Origin: Spirochaetota bacterium
GTDB lineage: Bacteria > Spirochaetota > JAGLSM01 > JAKPMW01
Assembly (NCBI GenBank): GCA_036795535.1
Contig: DAIREN010000002.1
Location: 1 to 48,354 of the forward strand
Length of the DNA stretch: 48,354 nt
Reading direction: 5' to 3'
The notes beneath the pieces are model-generated. The model was not told the DNA's origin. It saw nothing but the letters and a program-made list of their open reading frames with translations, and ran no database searches. Positions 1-15,434 of the stretch are shown one piece after another. Made by a program: the position numbers and the translations under genes. The number at the start of each line of letters is the position of its first letter. Position 1 is the stretch's first letter.

Positions 1-332
1 CGAGGCAGCGAGACATTCAGGAGCCTGTCGAGAAATTCATACATTCTGTTGCCACGAAGGGTCACCTTGGCACCGATGGCCATACCCTCACGGATTTTGA
101 AATTGGAAATGGATTTGCGTGCATAGGTCTTGATCACACGCTGACCTGTCAGAGCTGTCAGATCGTTTGCGGCTGACTCTACTTCATTCTTATTTTCGAC
201 TGCCTCACCGACACCCATGTTGATGGTGATTTTGAGAAGCTTCGGGACAGCCATGACGGAGGAGCATCCCAAATCCTTCATGAGAGAGGGAACGATTTCG
301 TTCTTGTACTTTGTCTTGTAGCGCGGTTCCAT
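1..332 (-). CDS. rplE: 50S ribosomal protein L5, 5' part only (gene runs off the window start)
   Basis: ATG at 332. Reverse-strand translation MEPRYKTKYKNEIVPSLMKDLG...VPKLLKITINMGVGEA is a typical L5 N-terminus. It sits directly after rplX, as in spc operons. Confidence 0.93.
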   Translation of the reverse strand, partial: MEPRYKTKYKNEIVPSLMKDLGCSSVMAVPKLLKITINMGVGEAVENKNEVESAANDLTALTGQRVIKTYARKSISNFKIREGMAIGAKVTLRGNRMYEFLDRLLNVSLP

Positions 333-351
333 TATTTACAATACCCTTTCG

Positions 352-687
352 TCAAACAACCTTGCCACTTTTTTTGGCAAAGCGCACTTTCTTTCCATCT
401 TCAATGCGCATTCCAACACGGGTAGGTTTGTTTGTCTTTGTATCAAGAAGCATCACGTTCGAGATGTGGATTGGGGCCTCGATTTCGATGATGCCACCTT
501 TCTGGTTCTCCTGTGTTGCTCGCTTGGTCTTTTTCACAAGATTGAGTTTCTCGACAATGACACGACCCTTGTCGAGATCGATATGAATAATCTTGCCGGA
601 TTTGCCCTTCTCTCGTCCACTGATGACCTGGACAATATCGCCCTTTTTCAGCCGTGTTTTGACACGAGACGTATCATTGCTCGTCAT
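352..687 (-). CDS. rplX: 50S ribosomal protein L24
   Basis: 111-aa ORF with the KOW-type motif [20 protein letters not shown]. Positioned between rplN and rplE. Confidence 0.96.
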   Translation of the reverse strand: MTSNDTSRVKTRLKKGDIVQVISGREKGKSGKIIHIDLDKGRVIVEKLNLVKKTKRATQENQKGGIIEIEAPIHISNVMLLDTKTNKPTRVGMRIEDGKKVRFAKKSGKVV

Positions 688-701
688 CTCTCTTCTCCTC
701 T

Positions 702-1070
702 TCAGATCACTTCAGGAGCCAGGGAGATGATCTTCATAAAATCCCTGTCTCTCAGCTCACGGGCAACCGGTCCAAAGATGCGTGTTCCCCGGGGGTTCTT
801 TTGGTTATCAATGATAACCGCTGAATTGCAATCAAAACCGATCGTTGATCCATCCGCACGACGGTACTCTTTTTTTGTCCGAACAACAACTGCAAGGACA
901 ACATCTCCCTTTTTGACTGTTCCGTTGGGAAGTGCGTCTTTGACGGCGGCTTTGATAAGATCACCGACATAAGCATATTTGCGTTTGCTCCCGCCAAGAA
1001 CCTTGATGCACTGTATCTTGCGAGCTCCGGTATTGTCGGCTACATCAAGGAATGTCTCTGTTTGAATCAT
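702..1070 (-). CDS. rplN: 50S ribosomal protein L14
   Basis: 122 aa. [28 protein letters not shown] is a near-universal L14 N-terminus. Confidence 0.98.
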   Translation of the reverse strand: MIQTETFLDVADNTGARKIQCIKVLGGSKRKYAYVGDLIKAAVKDALPNGTVKKGDVVLAVVVRTKKEYRRADGSTIGFDCNSAVIIDNQKNPRGTRIFGPVARELRDRDFMKIISLAPEVI

Positions 1071-1107
1071 GGCTTAGCCTTTCTCTTGTACTTGTCAGAA
1101 GTGTCAC

Positions 1108-1371
1108 TTATTTAGCGCGTTCAACAACTTCAAGCAAACGCCAGCACTTCTCCTTGGAAAGAGGCCGACACTCGATGACACGGACGGTATCGTTGACATG
1201 GCAGTCATTTTTCTCGTCATGAGCTTTGACCTTTTTGCTCCTGCGGACAATCTTTCCGTAGAGCGGATGCCGTGAAAGCTCTTCCACTTTGACAACAATG
1301 GTCTTGTCCATTTTTTCACTGACGACAACACCAGTCAGGATTTTTTTGTGGGATATGGTATTCTGTTCCAT
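1108..1371 (-). CDS. rpsQ: 30S ribosomal protein S17
   Basis: Contains [18 protein letters not shown] prefer the ATG at 1371 (GAGGG about 8 nt upstream) over the TTG at 1377 used by the ORF track. Confidence 0.93.
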   Translation of the reverse strand: MEQNTISHKKILTGVVVSEKMDKTIVVKVEELSRHPLYGKIVRRSKKVKAHDEKNDCHVNDTVRVIECRPLSKEKCWRLLEVVERAK

Positions 1372-1373
1372 CT

Positions 1374-1583
1374 TCAACCCTCGTTCGGCTTTCTTTTGCC
1401 GACACTGTACTCTTGGAGGAGTGTTTTGGCCCGTGCTATCGACCGTCTCAGTGTCCGCTTCTTTACCGGGTTATTGAGTTCGCCAACAACCTCGCGAAAA
1501 CGCAGATCCCGAAGTTCCTGGATAAGATCATCATGAACCTTTTCCAGTTCACTGACCTTGAGATTACTGAAATCGTTTTTCAT
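1374..1583 (-). CDS. rpmC: 50S ribosomal protein L29
   Basis: 69-aa helical ORF ([22 protein letters not shown]) between rplP and rpsQ. Confidence 0.93.
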   Translation of the reverse strand: MKNDFSNLKVSELEKVHDDLIQELRDLRFREVVGELNNPVKKRTLRRSIARAKTLLQEYSVGKRKPNEG

Positions 1584-1600
1584 CTGTTATGGCTCCTGCA

Positions 1601-2017
1601 TCAAATCGCGAGATCGCGACTGACAAACTTCGTCCTGACCGGGAGTTTATGGGACGCGAGTCTCATAGCCTCACGGGCAAGCTCTTCTTCTACACCTGAG
1701 AGTTCGAACATGATCCTCCCGGGTTTGACGGGCGCAACCCAGCCTTCTACACCGCCCTTACCCTTACCCTGGCGTGTTTCCGCAGGTTTCTTGGTATATG
1801 GCTTGTCGGGAAAGATATTGATCCAGACCTTCCCCTTGCGCTTGATATGACGCATGATGGCAACACGAGCGGCTTCAATCTGCCTTGCTGTAATCCATGC
1901 TGTATCAAGAGTCGAAAGGCCATAGTCTCCGAAATGAAGATCAGTTCCGCGCTTGGCAGCGCCCTTCATGACGTTGCGCATTTGCTTTCTGAATTTTGTC
2001 CGCTTGGGCATCAACAT
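1601..2017 (-). CDS. rplP: 50S ribosomal protein L16
   Basis: N-terminus [15 protein letters not shown], 138 aa. Confidence 0.98.
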   Translation of the reverse strand: MLMPKRTKFRKQMRNVMKGAAKRGTDLHFGDYGLSTLDTAWITARQIEAARVAIMRHIKRKGKVWINIFPDKPYTKKPAETRQGKGKGGVEGWVAPVKPGRIMFELSGVEEELAREAMRLASHKLPVRTKFVSRDLAI

Positions 2018-2044
2018 ACAACAGCTCCGCCTTTCTTCCGCCTG

Positions 2045-2755
2045 TTAATTCTTGTTCTTTTTGACAAGGAGTGATCCGGAATCAAGAGCAGGGCCTCGTT
2101 CGTAAATATCACCCTTATACACCCAAACCTTGATTCCAATAACACCGTAGGTCGTGACGACGTCCTCGTGGGCATAATCGATATCCGCACGAAGTGTGTG
2201 AAGAGGAACACGCCCTTCCTTGTAAAGCTCAGTGCGCTTCATTTCGGCTCCACCCAGGCGTCCCGAGCACATGATCTTGACGCCCTGGGCCCCGCTCCCC
2301 GACTCCATGGCACGTTGAATGGCCCTCTTCATGGCATTCTTGTACGAACGTCTGCCGATGATCTGGCGACCGATGTTCAGGGCAATGACACGGGCATTGA
2401 TATCAGGATTTGTGATCTCCTTGATACTGATGTGTACCGTTTTGTCAGAGAACTTCTTGATCTGATTCTCGATTACCTCGATATTCGACCCTTTTGAACC
2501 GATAAGCACACCCGGCCGAGCTGTATAGATATTGACGGAAACCTTGCCAGGATAGCGGATGATCTCGACCCGCGAGATATCGGCATCACTGATGGATTTA
2601 CCATCTTTATCCTTCAATCCTTTGAAAATATATTCCCGAATCTTCAAATCCTCATGAAGGGTATTGGCATACTCTCGCTTGGATGCAAACCACTTGGAAT
2701 CCCAAGTTTTATGCACACCAAGACGCAGTCCTGTAGGATTGACTTTCTGTCCCAT
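2045..2755 (-). CDS. rpsC: 30S ribosomal protein S3
   Basis: N-terminus MGQKVNPTGLRLGVHKTWDSKWFA, 236 aa, containing a KH domain. Confidence 0.98.
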   Translation of the reverse strand: MGQKVNPTGLRLGVHKTWDSKWFASKREYANTLHEDLKIREYIFKGLKDKDGKSISDADISRVEIIRYPGKVSVNIYTARPGVLIGSKGSNIEVIENQIKKFSDKTVHISIKEITNPDINARVIALNIGRQIIGRRSYKNAMKRAIQRAMESGSGAQGVKIMCSGRLGGAEMKRTELYKEGRVPLHTLRADIDYAHEDVVTTYGVIGIKVWVYKGDIYERGPALDSGSLLVKKNKN

Positions 2756-2768
2756 GATTGTCTCCGTT

Positions 2769-3119
2769 TCAGCCTTTCTTCTTCATCTCGTCAGAGAGGA
2801 CGACCGTAATATGCGATGTTCTCTTGAGCACACGATCTGCGCGTCCTCGAACCCTTGGTCGAACCCTTTTCAAGACTGGACCCGGATCAACAAAAACTTC
2901 CTTGATGAAGAGGTCATCCGTACTGACGTCGGGATTCTTGACTGAAGCATTTGCGCTGGCCGACAGAATGACTCTGCGCAAATTACCTGCACCCATGTTC
3001 GGAAGATGCTCAAGGTATGCCACTGCATCTGAAACAATCATGCTTCGGACTTCATTGGCGATAAAGCGGATCTTCTTGGGCGAGCGGCGGATATACCGGG
3101 CAATTGCCTTACTTTCCAT
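2769..3119 (-). CDS. rplV: 50S ribosomal protein L22
   Basis: N-terminus MESKAIARYIRRSPKKIRFIANEVR, 116 aa, in the expected S10-operon position. Confidence 0.96.
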   Translation of the reverse strand: MESKAIARYIRRSPKKIRFIANEVRSMIVSDAVAYLEHLPNMGAGNLRRVILSASANASVKNPDVSTDDLFIKEVFVDPGPVLKRVRPRVRGRADRVLKRTSHITVVLSDEMKKKG

Positions 3120-3130
3120 TTTCGGGACTC

Positions 3131-3409
3131 CTACTTTTTCTTGGCCTTCTTGTCACCGGCATGGCCACGGAAGGTTCTCGTAAGCGAAAATTCGCCCAGC
3201 TTGTGCCCGACAAGGTTTTCTGTAACGTAAACAGGAATAAAGGTTTTCCCATTGTGAACATTGATGGTATGACCAACCATCTCAGGGAAAATTGTGGAGC
3301 ATCTTGACCAGGTTTTGAGTGGCTTCTTCTGCCCCGATGTATTCATCTCAACAATCCGCTCATAGAGTTTTTTGCTGACAAAGGGTCCTTTTTTCAGTGA
3401 TCTCGACAT
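3131..3409 (-). CDS. rpsS: 30S ribosomal protein S19
   Basis: [15 protein letters not shown]...[23 protein letters not shown], 92 aa. Confidence 0.98.
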   Translation of the reverse strand: MSRSLKKGPFVSKKLYERIVEMNTSGQKKPLKTWSRCSTIFPEMVGHTINVHNGKTFIPVYVTENLVGHKLGEFSLTRTFRGHAGDKKAKKK

Positions 3410-3428
3410 ATATCCCTATCCTCTTGAT

Positions 3429-4262
3429 TTACTTCTTGCTATGGCGCGACTTGACAATGAAACGCCCGCTCGGCTTCTTTTTGCTTCTCGTACGATAACC
3501 CTTTGTCGGGATACCCCAAGGCGTAACAGGATGACGACCTCCCGAAGTCTTTCCTTCACCACCACCATGCGGATGGTCATGAGGATTCATGACAACGCCT
3601 CTGACTTTCGGGCGCCGCCCCAACCATCGTGATCGACCAGCCTTACCAAGGTCAACATTCATATGATCAAGATTGCCGACCTGACCGATTGTGGCCATGC
3701 AATCATGATGAATCAAGCGAACTTCTCCCGATGGAAGCCGGAGCGTGCAATAATCTCCATCCCTTGCAAGAAGCTGTGCACCCGTTCCTGCTGATCGGAC
3801 GATCTGGCCGCCACGACCTTTGGTCATTTCAATATTATGAACAGTGGTTCCAATCGGAATACTCTTGAGAGGAAGCGCATTTCCCACAGAAATGCGGGCA
3901 GCATCACCGGACATAACCTCGGCTCCGACCTGGAGACCGTCAGCCCAGAGGATGTATCGTTTGTCTCCGTCACGGTATGAAACCAGTGCGATACGTGCAG
4001 AGCGGTTCGGGTCATACTCGATGGTGACAATCGTCCCGGGAACTCCGTGTTTGTCGCGCCTGAAATCGATTTCACGATACCGTCTCTTATGCCCACCACC
4101 ACGTCGGCGCATGGTCACGCGCCCATACGTATTGCGCCCTGAGATCCGTTTCTTGCCTTTTACGAGTGGCTTATGTGGCCTGTCGCTTGTAATCTCCTCA
4201 AACGTGGAGACACTCATTCCGCGCTGGCCGGGTGTAGTCGGTTTAAGAATCCTGATGCCCAC
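3429..4262 (-). CDS. rplB: 50S ribosomal protein L2
   Basis: GTG start, 277 aa. Motifs KPTTPGQRG and [15 protein letters not shown]. Confidence 0.98.
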   Translation of the reverse strand: MGIRILKPTTPGQRGMSVSTFEEITSDRPHKPLVKGKKRISGRNTYGRVTMRRRGGGHKRRYREIDFRRDKHGVPGTIVTIEYDPNRSARIALVSYRDGDKRYILWADGLQVGAEVMSGDAARISVGNALPLKSIPIGTTVHNIEMTKGRGGQIVRSAGTGAQLLARDGDYCTLRLPSGEVRLIHHDCMATIGQVGNLDHMNVDLGKAGRSRWLGRRPKVRGVVMNPHDHPHGGGEGKTSGGRHPVTPWGIPTKGYRTRSKKKPSGRFIVKSRHSKK

Positions 4263-4286
4263 GACTCATGCCTTCCTTTTCGTGAA

Positions 4287-4589
4287 TCAGACACCCTCGA
4301 AGAAGGGGAACTTCTGACCCTTCTTGAGTGTGACGATTGCTTTTTTGTATGCGGGTGTAAATCCTTGATGGTATCGGACCCGCTTTTTCTTTCCGCGAAC
4401 ATTGATGACATTGCATTTCAGGATCTCGACTTCAGGATAAAGATCCGAAAGAGCAGCGACAATCTGTGTCTTGTTCGCCTTGACACTCACTTCAAACACA
4501 AACTTCGAATCATCCTTGAGATCTGTTGCCTTTTCGGTAACAACCGGACGGACGATCAGATTTTGCAGATCAGTCTTGTTCATGATCAT
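4287..4589 (-). CDS. rplW: 50S ribosomal protein L23
   Basis: 100 aa with IVRPVVTEKATDL. Its start overlaps the rplD stop by 4 nt (ATGA). Confidence 0.95.
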   Translation of the reverse strand: MIMNKTDLQNLIVRPVVTEKATDLKDDSKFVFEVSVKANKTQIVAALSDLYPEVEILKCNVINVRGKKKRVRYHQGFTPAYKKAIVTLKKGQKFPFFEGV

Positions 4590-5227
4590 TCACCCTTCAC
4601 AGCGCCAGCATAATGTGACTCGATATCAGCGACCGCTGACTTTGTGACAAGGATTTCCTTTGCATAAAAAAGATCCTTGTAGACAAGGCGAGCACTATCA
4701 TAGCATCGCACCCACGGAATATTGCGGATTGCACGCTTCGTTTTGTCCCCGAGCTTGTTGGCAATAATGACAACCCGCCGGGATTTTGTCAGGCCGGTAA
4801 GCATGAGATTCATGTCTTTTGTCTTGCCGGTTTCACTCTCAAAATCTTCGATAACCCGGACAAGGCCCTGGGAAACCTTGAGCGAAAGAAGGGAGACCAT
4901 TGCTGCCTGACGAACCTTCTTTGAAAGGCGGATCCTATAATCACGAGGCCGAGGTCCGAAAGCAACACCCCCCCCGACTCTTGTCGGTGACTGGGAATAC
5001 CCGGCACGGGCACGACCAGTCCCTTTTTGCCGATAGAGCTTGCTTCGACTTCCGCTGACTTCAGAGCGGGCCTTCGCCATCGCAGTGCCCTGGCGAGCAT
5101 TTGCCAGTTCGGCCCGGACAGCCTCATAGACAAGATGATCGTTCACGTTCGAACCGAAAATTCCGTCGCTGACTTCAACACTTCCTGCCGATGAGCCGTT
5201 TTTAAGGGAATAACATTCAAGTTTCAT
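4586..5227 (-). CDS. rplD: 50S ribosomal protein L4
   Basis: 213 aa with the L4 core RQKGTGRARAGYSQSPTRVGGGVAFGPRPRDY. Confidence 0.97.
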   Translation of the reverse strand: MKLECYSLKNGSSAGSVEVSDGIFGSNVNDHLVYEAVRAELANARQGTAMAKARSEVSGSRSKLYRQKGTGRARAGYSQSPTRVGGGVAFGPRPRDYRIRLSKKVRQAAMVSLLSLKVSQGLVRVIEDFESETGKTKDMNLMLTGLTKSRRVVIIANKLGDKTKRAIRNIPWVRCYDSARLVYKDLFYAKEILVTKSAVADIESHYAGAVKGE

Positions 5228-5928
5228 TTCTTCGCCGCCCCCTTCTTCACGGATTTTTTGATGAGGAGAAGGGAATTCTTGCTGCCGGGAACAGATCCTT
5301 TAACAAGAATCAGATTTTTTTCAAGATCAATGTTTACAACCTTGAGGTTTTGCATTGTCACGCGCTCATCACCCATATGCCCAGGCATCTTCTTGCCCTT
5401 GAAAACCTTGGCAGGATAGCTGTTCATACCAATCGAACCGGGAGCGCGGACAGAGTTCGATCCGTGGGATTTGGGGCCGGCAGAGAAATGATGTCTCTTG
5501 ATCACACCCTGGAAACCATGCCCCTTTGAAATACCGGTTATATCGACATATCCGGCATCCTGGAAGAAGTCTACCCGGAGAACACTTCCGGTTTCAGCCG
5601 TTTCGCCATCAGCGAGACGAAACTCACGCATCACCTTCTGCGGCTTGCTTCCATCCCGAGCCAGACCCTGCTCAGGCTTGCTGACATTTTTTGTCTTGTC
5701 ACCGAAGCCGAGTTTCGCAGCATCGTAACCCTCGGTCCTACGAACCTTGACCTCAAGCACAGTTCCGTTTTTGAGTTTGACCTTTTTGACACGATCAGTC
5801 AACTCAGACGTCTTGCGCTGCACAACCGGACATGGGCCCGCCTGGATGACAGTCACGGGCACGACGAGTCCATTCTCATCGAAGATCTGCGTCATGCCAA
5901 CCTTCTTGCCAATCAATCCTAGTGCCAT
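5224..5928 (-). CDS. rplC: 50S ribosomal protein L3
   Basis: The canonical L3 N-terminus [16 protein letters not shown] begins at the ATG at 5928. The 23 codons upstream in the ORF track (to 5997) have no L3 counterpart. Confidence 0.95.
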   Translation of the reverse strand: MALGLIGKKVGMTQIFDENGLVVPVTVIQAGPCPVVQRKTSELTDRVKKVKLKNGTVLEVKVRRTEGYDAAKLGFGDKTKNVSKPEQGLARDGSKPQKVMREFRLADGETAETGSVLRVDFFQDAGYVDITGISKGHGFQGVIKRHHFSAGPKSHGSNSVRAPGSIGMNSYPAKVFKGKKMPGHMGDERVTMQNLKVVNIDLEKNLILVKGSVPGSKNSLLLIKKSVKKGAAKK

Positions 5929-5956
5929 CACTGTATACCTTTTTCTAAAGTAAAGA

Positions 5957-5981
5957 GACCCGTCCGGGAAACGGCCAGGTC
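5957..5981 (-). promoter_or_regulatory. Imperfect GC hairpin in the rplC leader; candidate attenuator
   Basis: Minus strand reads GACCTGGCCGTTTCCCGGACGGGTC, followed by TCTCTTTACTTT and preceded by an A8 run. It ends 28 nt upstream of the rplC ATG. The regulatory role is inferred only. Confidence 0.3.
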
Positions 5982-6079
5982 GCCCTTTTTTTTGCAAAAC
6001 CTGTTTACATGCTTGCCATCAGGATTCAGTCCAGCGTTGCTTGCTGCCGGACAGGTACCCGTTGTAGTCAGGCTGACGA

Positions 6080-6107
6080 AATATACTCAATCCTGAGAAA
6101 AATTCAA
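6080..6107 (-). promoter_or_regulatory. Sigma70-like promoter inside the rpsJ-rplC spacer
   Basis: Minus strand reads TTGAAT, a 16-nt spacer, then TATATT. It lies about 150 nt upstream of the rplC start. Confidence 0.4.
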
Positions 6108-6133
6108 ATTTTTTCGCCTGACTTGAGCCCTTT

Positions 6134-6445
6134 TTAGCCGATTTTGAGATCGACTTCAACACCTGCGGGAAGTTCAAGCTTCTCGAGGGCCTCTATGGTG
6201 TCTTTTGAGGGCTCGCTGATATCAATGAGCCTCTTATGAATGCGCATCTCGAACTGTTCGCGAGATTTCTTGTTGACGTGCGGCGACCGCAAGACCGTGT
6301 ACTTGCGAATTCGCGTGGGCAGTGGAACCGGACCGCAGATGACTGCACCGGTGCGTTTTACTGAATTAACGATCGACTCTGCCGACTGATCAATCAGCTT
6401 GCTGTCGAACGAGCGCAGGCGCACCCGAATCTTCGACTTGGCCAT
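6134..6445 (-). CDS. rpsJ: 30S ribosomal protein S10
   Basis: [26 protein letters not shown]...[26 protein letters not shown], 103 aa. Confidence 0.98.
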   Translation of the reverse strand: MAKSKIRVRLRSFDSKLIDQSAESIVNSVKRTGAVICGPVPLPTRIRKYTVLRSPHVNKKSREQFEMRIHKRLIDISEPSKDTIEALEKLELPAGVEVDLKIG

Positions 6446-6481
6446 ACTTGCTTCCTTTCATGGATACACAAAACACAGAGA

Positions 6482-6526
6482 TAAAAAATGCCGGGCAGAC
6501 CGGCCGTCTGGTCGGCCCACCCGGCT
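6482..6526 (-). terminator. Intrinsic terminator or attenuator downstream of tuf
   Basis: Minus strand has outer stem GCCGGG...CCCGGC enclosing an inner CAGAC-GGCCG-GTCTG hairpin, followed immediately by ATTTTTTA. It starts about 14 nt after the tuf stop. Confidence 0.6.
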
Positions 6527-6539
6527 CAAGAGTCAAACC

Positions 6540-7733
6540 TTACTCGATAATCTTCGTAACCGATCCGGCACCAACAGTGCGCCCACCCTCACGTATGGCA
6601 AAGCGAAGTCCGTCTTCCATGGCGATCGTGGTGATCAGCTCGACATCCATCTCGATATGGTCACCGGGCATGCACATCTCGGTTCCAGCGGGAAGCTGGA
6701 TAACGCCGGTCACGTCAGTCGTGCGGAAATAGAACTGGGGACGGTAGTTTCCGAAGAAAGGCGTATGCCGTCCACCCTCAGCCTTGGTCAGAACATAGAC
6801 CTGGGCCTTGAACTTTTTGTGGGGGGTGATCGACTTCGGAGCAGCAAGAACCTGTCCGCGCTCGACGGCTTCCTTGTCGATACCACGGAGAAGACAACCG
6901 ACATTGTCTCCAGCGCGACCCTCATCAAGCAGCTTGCGGAACATCTCGACACCGGTAACAGTTGTGTCTTTTGTATCGCTGATTCCAACGATCTCGGCCT
7001 TGTCACCGACTTTGATGATACCGCGCTCGATACGACCGGTCACAACGGTTCCGCGTCCTGTGATCGAGAAGACATCTTCGATCGGCATCAGGAAGGGCTT
7101 GTCAACAGCACGCTCGGGAACCGGAAAATAGGTATCCATGATATCGAGGAGCTCAAGAATGCACTTCTGTGCTGCTGCATCGGAGGGATTCTCCATCGCT
7201 GCACGGGCAGAACCACGAACAAAGGGAGTCGTGTCTCCGGGGAATTCATATTTGGAGAGAAGATCGCGGACTTCCATCTCGGCGATGTCAATCAGCTCTG
7301 CGTCATCAACAAGGTCGCACTTGTTGAGGAACACAACGATCTTCGGAACTCCAACCTGACGGGCGAGCAGAACGTGCTCACGTGTCTGGGGCATAAGCCC
7401 GTCGGCTGCAGACACAACCAGAACGGCTCCGTCCATCTGCGCAGCACCGGTGATCATGTTCTTGACATAGTCAGCGTGGCCGGGGCAATCAACGTGAGCA
7501 TAATGTCGCTCTTTTGACTCATACTCGACGTGCGAGGTATTGATTGTGATACCACGCGCCTTCTCTTCGGGAGCATTGTCGATCTCGTCAAACTTGCGAG
7601 CACTTTTGGTAAGACCGACAGCGTTGCTCACGAGCGTGATTGCCGCCGTCAATGTGGTCTTGCCATGGTCAATATGCCCGATGGTACCCACGTTGATATG
7701 GGGCTTTGTTCGCTCAAACTTTTCTTTTGCCAT
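6540..7733 (-). CDS. tuf: Elongation factor Tu
   Basis: 397 aa: [28 protein letters not shown]...DCPGHADY...NKCD. Confidence 0.99.
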   Translation of the reverse strand: MAKEKFERTKPHINVGTIGHIDHGKTTLTAAITLVSNAVGLTKSARKFDEIDNAPEEKARGITINTSHVEYESKERHYAHVDCPGHADYVKNMITGAAQMDGAVLVVSAADGLMPQTREHVLLARQVGVPKIVVFLNKCDLVDDAELIDIAEMEVRDLLSKYEFPGDTTPFVRGSARAAMENPSDAAAQKCILELLDIMDTYFPVPERAVDKPFLMPIEDVFSITGRGTVVTGRIERGIIKVGDKAEIVGISDTKDTTVTGVEMFRKLLDEGRAGDNVGCLLRGIDKEAVERGQVLAAPKSITPHKKFKAQVYVLTKAEGGRHTPFFGNYRPQFYFRTTDVTGVIQLPAGTEMCMPGDHIEMDVELITTIAMEDGLRFAIREGGRTVGAGSVTKIIE

Positions 7734-7808
7734 CTTTTTCCTCCTGTCCTTTTGCCTGGCAATTAGACGGTTTTTATAAGATAACTACCTTATAGCATGA
7801 AATGCTAT

Positions 7809-9893
7809 TTATTTACCGCCTGACACTTTCGCGATGATCTCGTCAGAAATATTTTTTGGAACCTCGCTATAGTGGTCAAACTGCATCGTGTAACTGGCGC
7901 GCCCCTGAGTCTTCGAGCGAAGATCTGTCGCATACCCGAACATATCGCTCATGGGGACATGGGCTGTAATCGCCTTTGCACCATTCTGGTCTTCCATACC
8001 GATGATCCGCCCGCGCCGGGAGTTGAGGTCCCCCATGACATCACCCATATAGTCCTCAGGTGTGACAACCTCAATCTTCGCAATCGGCTCAAGCAAGGCC
8101 GGATTGGCTTTGTTGGCACCTTCTTTGAGTGCCTGAGAAGCGCAGATCTTGAAAGCCATTTCGGACGAATCGACATCGTGATACGAGCCGAAGGTCAGTG
8201 TCACCTTGACATCAACAAGGGGATAGCCGGCCAAGGGGCCACTGTCGACCGCCTCACGAACACCCTTTTCAATGGCCGGAATGAACTCTTTGGGGATGAC
8301 ACCGCCAACAATCTTGTTGACGAACTCGAACCCCTTGCCCGTCTCGTTTGGCTCGACAGTCATCACAACGTGACCGTACTGCCCATGACCACCGGTCTGT
8401 CTGACGTACTTGTTTTCGATCTCGACCGACTTCCTGATCGTTTCACGATAGGAAACAAGGGGCTTTCCGATATTGGCTTCAACTTTGAACTCACGCAACA
8501 GACGGTCGACGATGATTTCCAAGTGCAGCTCACCCATACCCGCGATGATCGTCTGTGCTGTTTCCGGATCGACACGAACCCTGAACGTCGGGTCTTCTTC
8601 GGCAAGCTTCGAAAGAGCCACACCAATCTTGTCTTGATCGCTCTTTGTCTTGGGCTCGATCGCGATATTGATAACCGGCTCGGGGAAGACCATCGATTCA
8701 AGAATGATCGGGTTGGCATCATCGCAGAGAGTATCGCCGGTTGTGACATTTTTGAGCCCGACAGCGGCCATGATATCGCCCGCCCAGGCCTCATCCCGCT
8801 CCTCACGCTTGTTGGAGTGCATCTGAAGCAGACGACCGATGCGCTCCTTGCTCCCCTTGGTGGAGTTAAGCACCTGGGTGCCGGATGTGATTTTTCCGGA
8901 ATAGACCCTGAAATAACAGAGTTTTCCGACATAAGGATCGGTCTGGATCTTGAAGGCCAGAGCCGCAAACGGAGCATCATCCGAGGAGGGCCGGGTATCT
9001 TCGGCATCCGTCTTGGGGTTGATCCCCTCGGCTGGAGCAATATCGATTGGAGAAGGAAGATACTCGACAACAGCATCAAGCAATTGCTGAACACCCTTGT
9101 TCTTGAAAGCCGTTCCGCACACGACGGGAAATATCCGCATTCCGATCGTCGCGCGCCTGATGCCTTCCATAAGTTCCTCGTTGGTAACCTCAATTCCCTC
9201 GAGATACTTTTCGATAAGCACATCATCCGCTTCACAGACACATTCAATCATGTGCTCACGTGCAAGGACAGCATCCTCGTGCAGATCAGCCGGAATCTCG
9301 ATCTCCTCGAATTTGGCTCCATTTTCTTCACCATGCCAGATAAACGCCTTCATCTTGAGCAGGTCAATAACGCCTTTGAACTTATCTTCCTGCCCGACGG
9401 GAATCTGTAATGGAACCGGTGTCGCCTTGAGGCGCTCACGGATCATCTTGACAACACGGTTGAAGTCGGCACCCACTCGGTCCATCTTGTTGACAAAAAC
9501 CATACGCGGAACGCGATACTTGTTTGCCTGACGCCAGACCGTTTCGCTCTGGGGTTGGACACCGCCAACGGCACAAAAAACCGCAACAGCCGAATCAAGC
9601 ACACGAAGAGAACGTTCGACTTCAACTGTGAAGTCCACGTGGCCGGGGGTATCGATGATATTGATCCGGCAATCACGCCAGGCGCATGTCGTAGCCGCAC
9701 TGGTAATTGTAATACCACGTTCCTTCTCCTGAACCATCCAGTCCATCGTGGCTGCACCATCGTGGACTTCGCCGATCTTGTGCTCTTTGCCGGTATAATA
9801 CAAGATACGTTCAGTCGTTGTCGTCTTACCGGCGTCAATATGGGCCATAATCCCGATATTGCGCATCTTTTTCAATTCAATCTCTCTAGCCAA
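7809..9893 (-). CDS. fusA: Elongation factor G
   Basis: 694 aa with a TTG start preceded by GGAGGA. N-terminus [31 protein letters not shown]. Confidence 0.98.
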   Translation of the reverse strand: MAREIELKKMRNIGIMAHIDAGKTTTTERILYYTGKEHKIGEVHDGAATMDWMVQEKERGITITSAATTCAWRDCRINIIDTPGHVDFTVEVERSLRVLDSAVAVFCAVGGVQPQSETVWRQANKYRVPRMVFVNKMDRVGADFNRVVKMIRERLKATPVPLQIPVGQEDKFKGVIDLLKMKAFIWHGEENGAKFEEIEIPADLHEDAVLAREHMIECVCEADDVLIEKYLEGIEVTNEELMEGIRRATIGMRIFPVVCGTAFKNKGVQQLLDAVVEYLPSPIDIAPAEGINPKTDAEDTRPSSDDAPFAALAFKIQTDPYVGKLCYFRVYSGKITSGTQVLNSTKGSKERIGRLLQMHSNKREERDEAWAGDIMAAVGLKNVTTGDTLCDDANPIILESMVFPEPVINIAIEPKTKSDQDKIGVALSKLAEEDPTFRVRVDPETAQTIIAGMGELHLEIIVDRLLREFKVEANIGKPLVSYRETIRKSVEIENKYVRQTGGHGQYGHVVMTVEPNETGKGFEFVNKIVGGVIPKEFIPAIEKGVREAVDSGPLAGYPLVDVKVTLTFGSYHDVDSSEMAFKICASQALKEGANKANPALLEPIAKIEVVTPEDYMGDVMGDLNSRRGRIIGMEDQNGAKAITAHVPMSDMFGYATDLRSKTQGRASYTMQFDHYSEVPKNISDEIIAKVSGGK

Positions 9894-9947
9894 ACCAATC
9901 CTCCAGAATCTTCAAGCCAAAAAACATCCGTACATGCGTACACAAAA

Positions 9948-9980
9948 CACTGCACCCATTGCCATTGCATGGATGCAGTG
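9948..9980 (-). promoter_or_regulatory. Hairpin plus U-rich tract in the rpsG-fusA spacer
   Basis: Minus strand has a CACTGCA...TGCAGTG 7-bp stem around a 19-nt loop that contains CCATGCAATGG. It is followed by TTTTGTGTACGCATGTACGGATGTTTTTT. Confidence 0.3.
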
Positions 9981-10027
9981 CCGGCGAAATCTCCAAACCC
10001 AGGCAAGCGCCAGAAACAAAAAACAGC

Positions 10028-10498
10028 CTACCACCTGAAGTGAGAGAACGCCTTATTGGCCTCTGCCATACGATGCGTTTCTTCCTTCTTTTTGATCGTA
10101 GCACCTGTGCTCTTTGAGGCATCTATGATCTCGTTGGCAAGACGAACATGCATGCCCTTTTCACCGCGCGCACGCGAGAAATTAATGATCCAACGGAATG
10201 CGAGAGCATCCCGCCTTTCAGGGCGAATCTCGACAGGAACCTGGTAGTTGGCACCACCAACACGCCTTGACTTGACTTCAACGGTCGGCTTGGCGTTTTC
10301 AAAAGCCTTCATGAAGACCTCGAGGGGTTCCTCCCCCGTCTTCTCTTTGACAAGATCCATTGCCGAATAAAAAATTGCTTCGGCAACACTTTTCTTGCCA
10401 TCGAACATCAGTTTATTGATGAATTTGGCTACCTGCAGCGAGTTGAATCGCGAATCGGGCTGCAGCCAATCATGCTTTTTATACGACTTTCTGGGCAC
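10028..10498 (-). CDS. rpsG: 30S ribosomal protein S7
   Basis: 156 aa, GTG start with AAGGAG upstream. Contains [21 protein letters not shown]. Confidence 0.97.
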   Translation of the reverse strand: MPRKSYKKHDWLQPDSRFNSLQVAKFINKLMFDGKKSVAEAIFYSAMDLVKEKTGEEPLEVFMKAFENAKPTVEVKSRRVGGANYQVPVEIRPERRDALAFRWIINFSRARGEKGMHVRLANEIIDASKSTGATIKKKEETHRMAEANKAFSHFRW

Positions 10499-10520
10499 GG
10501 TATCTACTCCTTGCTCTTTC

Positions 10521-10895
10521 TCAGGCTTTTGGCTTTTTGGCGCCGTACTTCGAACGACCCTGGCAGCGGTTTTTCACGCCGTGGGTATCGAGAGTACCGC
10601 GGACAATGTGATAACGGACACCGGGAAGGTCCTTGACACGACCACCACGGATCAGCACAACGGAGTGTTCCTGGAGGTTGTGATCGATACCCGGGATGTA
10701 GGCTGTCACTTCAATTCCGTTTGTCAAGCGGACACGGGCTACTTTTCTCACGGCCGAGTTCGGCTTTTTCGGGGTGACTGTCATCACCCTTGTGCAAACG
10801 CCACGACGCTGCGGGCATGATTGCAGAGCCGGCGATTTGGTCTTGGAATGCAGGGACTTTCGGCCCTTGCGAACAAGCTGGTTTACTGTAGGCAT
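10521..10895 (-). CDS. rpsL: 30S ribosomal protein S12
   Basis: [13 protein letters not shown]...[19 protein letters not shown], 124 aa. Confidence 0.99.
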   Translation of the reverse strand: MPTVNQLVRKGRKSLHSKTKSPALQSCPQRRGVCTRVMTVTPKKPNSAVRKVARVRLTNGIEVTAYIPGIDHNLQEHSVVLIRGGRVKDLPGVRYHIVRGTLDTHGVKNRCQGRSKYGAKKPKA

Positions 10896-10933
10896 TTCCT
10901 GATCCTTGTGCGTTCTCTTTTACAAGTTATGTG

Positions 10934-10962
10934 AATTTACGTACTGGAGAAAGAAAGGTCAA
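10934..10962 (-). promoter_or_regulatory. Sigma70-like promoter for the rpsL-rpsG-fusA-tuf (str) operon
   Basis: Minus strand reads TTGACC, a 17-nt spacer, then TAAATT, in the 97-nt rpoC-rpsL spacer. Confidence 0.4.
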
Positions 10963-10992
10963 GAAACAACCCTCCGTTTCTCCGCACTTTTC

Positions 10993-15405
<4,413 letters not shown>

Positions 15406-15434
15406 CAATTACTCCTTGTCCCAATTCCGCATGG

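Noticed and set aside
5957-5993. Plus-strand intrinsic terminator (hairpin followed by a T8 run).
   Set aside because: No plus-strand gene lies upstream for it to terminate. The T-run is separated from the stem by GCCC. It is more plausibly the antisense image of a minus-strand leader element, though it could stop antisense transcription.
5929-5997. 23-codon N-terminal extension of rplC in the ORF track ([23 protein letters not shown]).
   Set aside because: The canonical L3 N-terminus begins at the internal ATG at 5928. The extension covers the hairpin and poly-A tract of the leader and has no homologous counterpart in L3.
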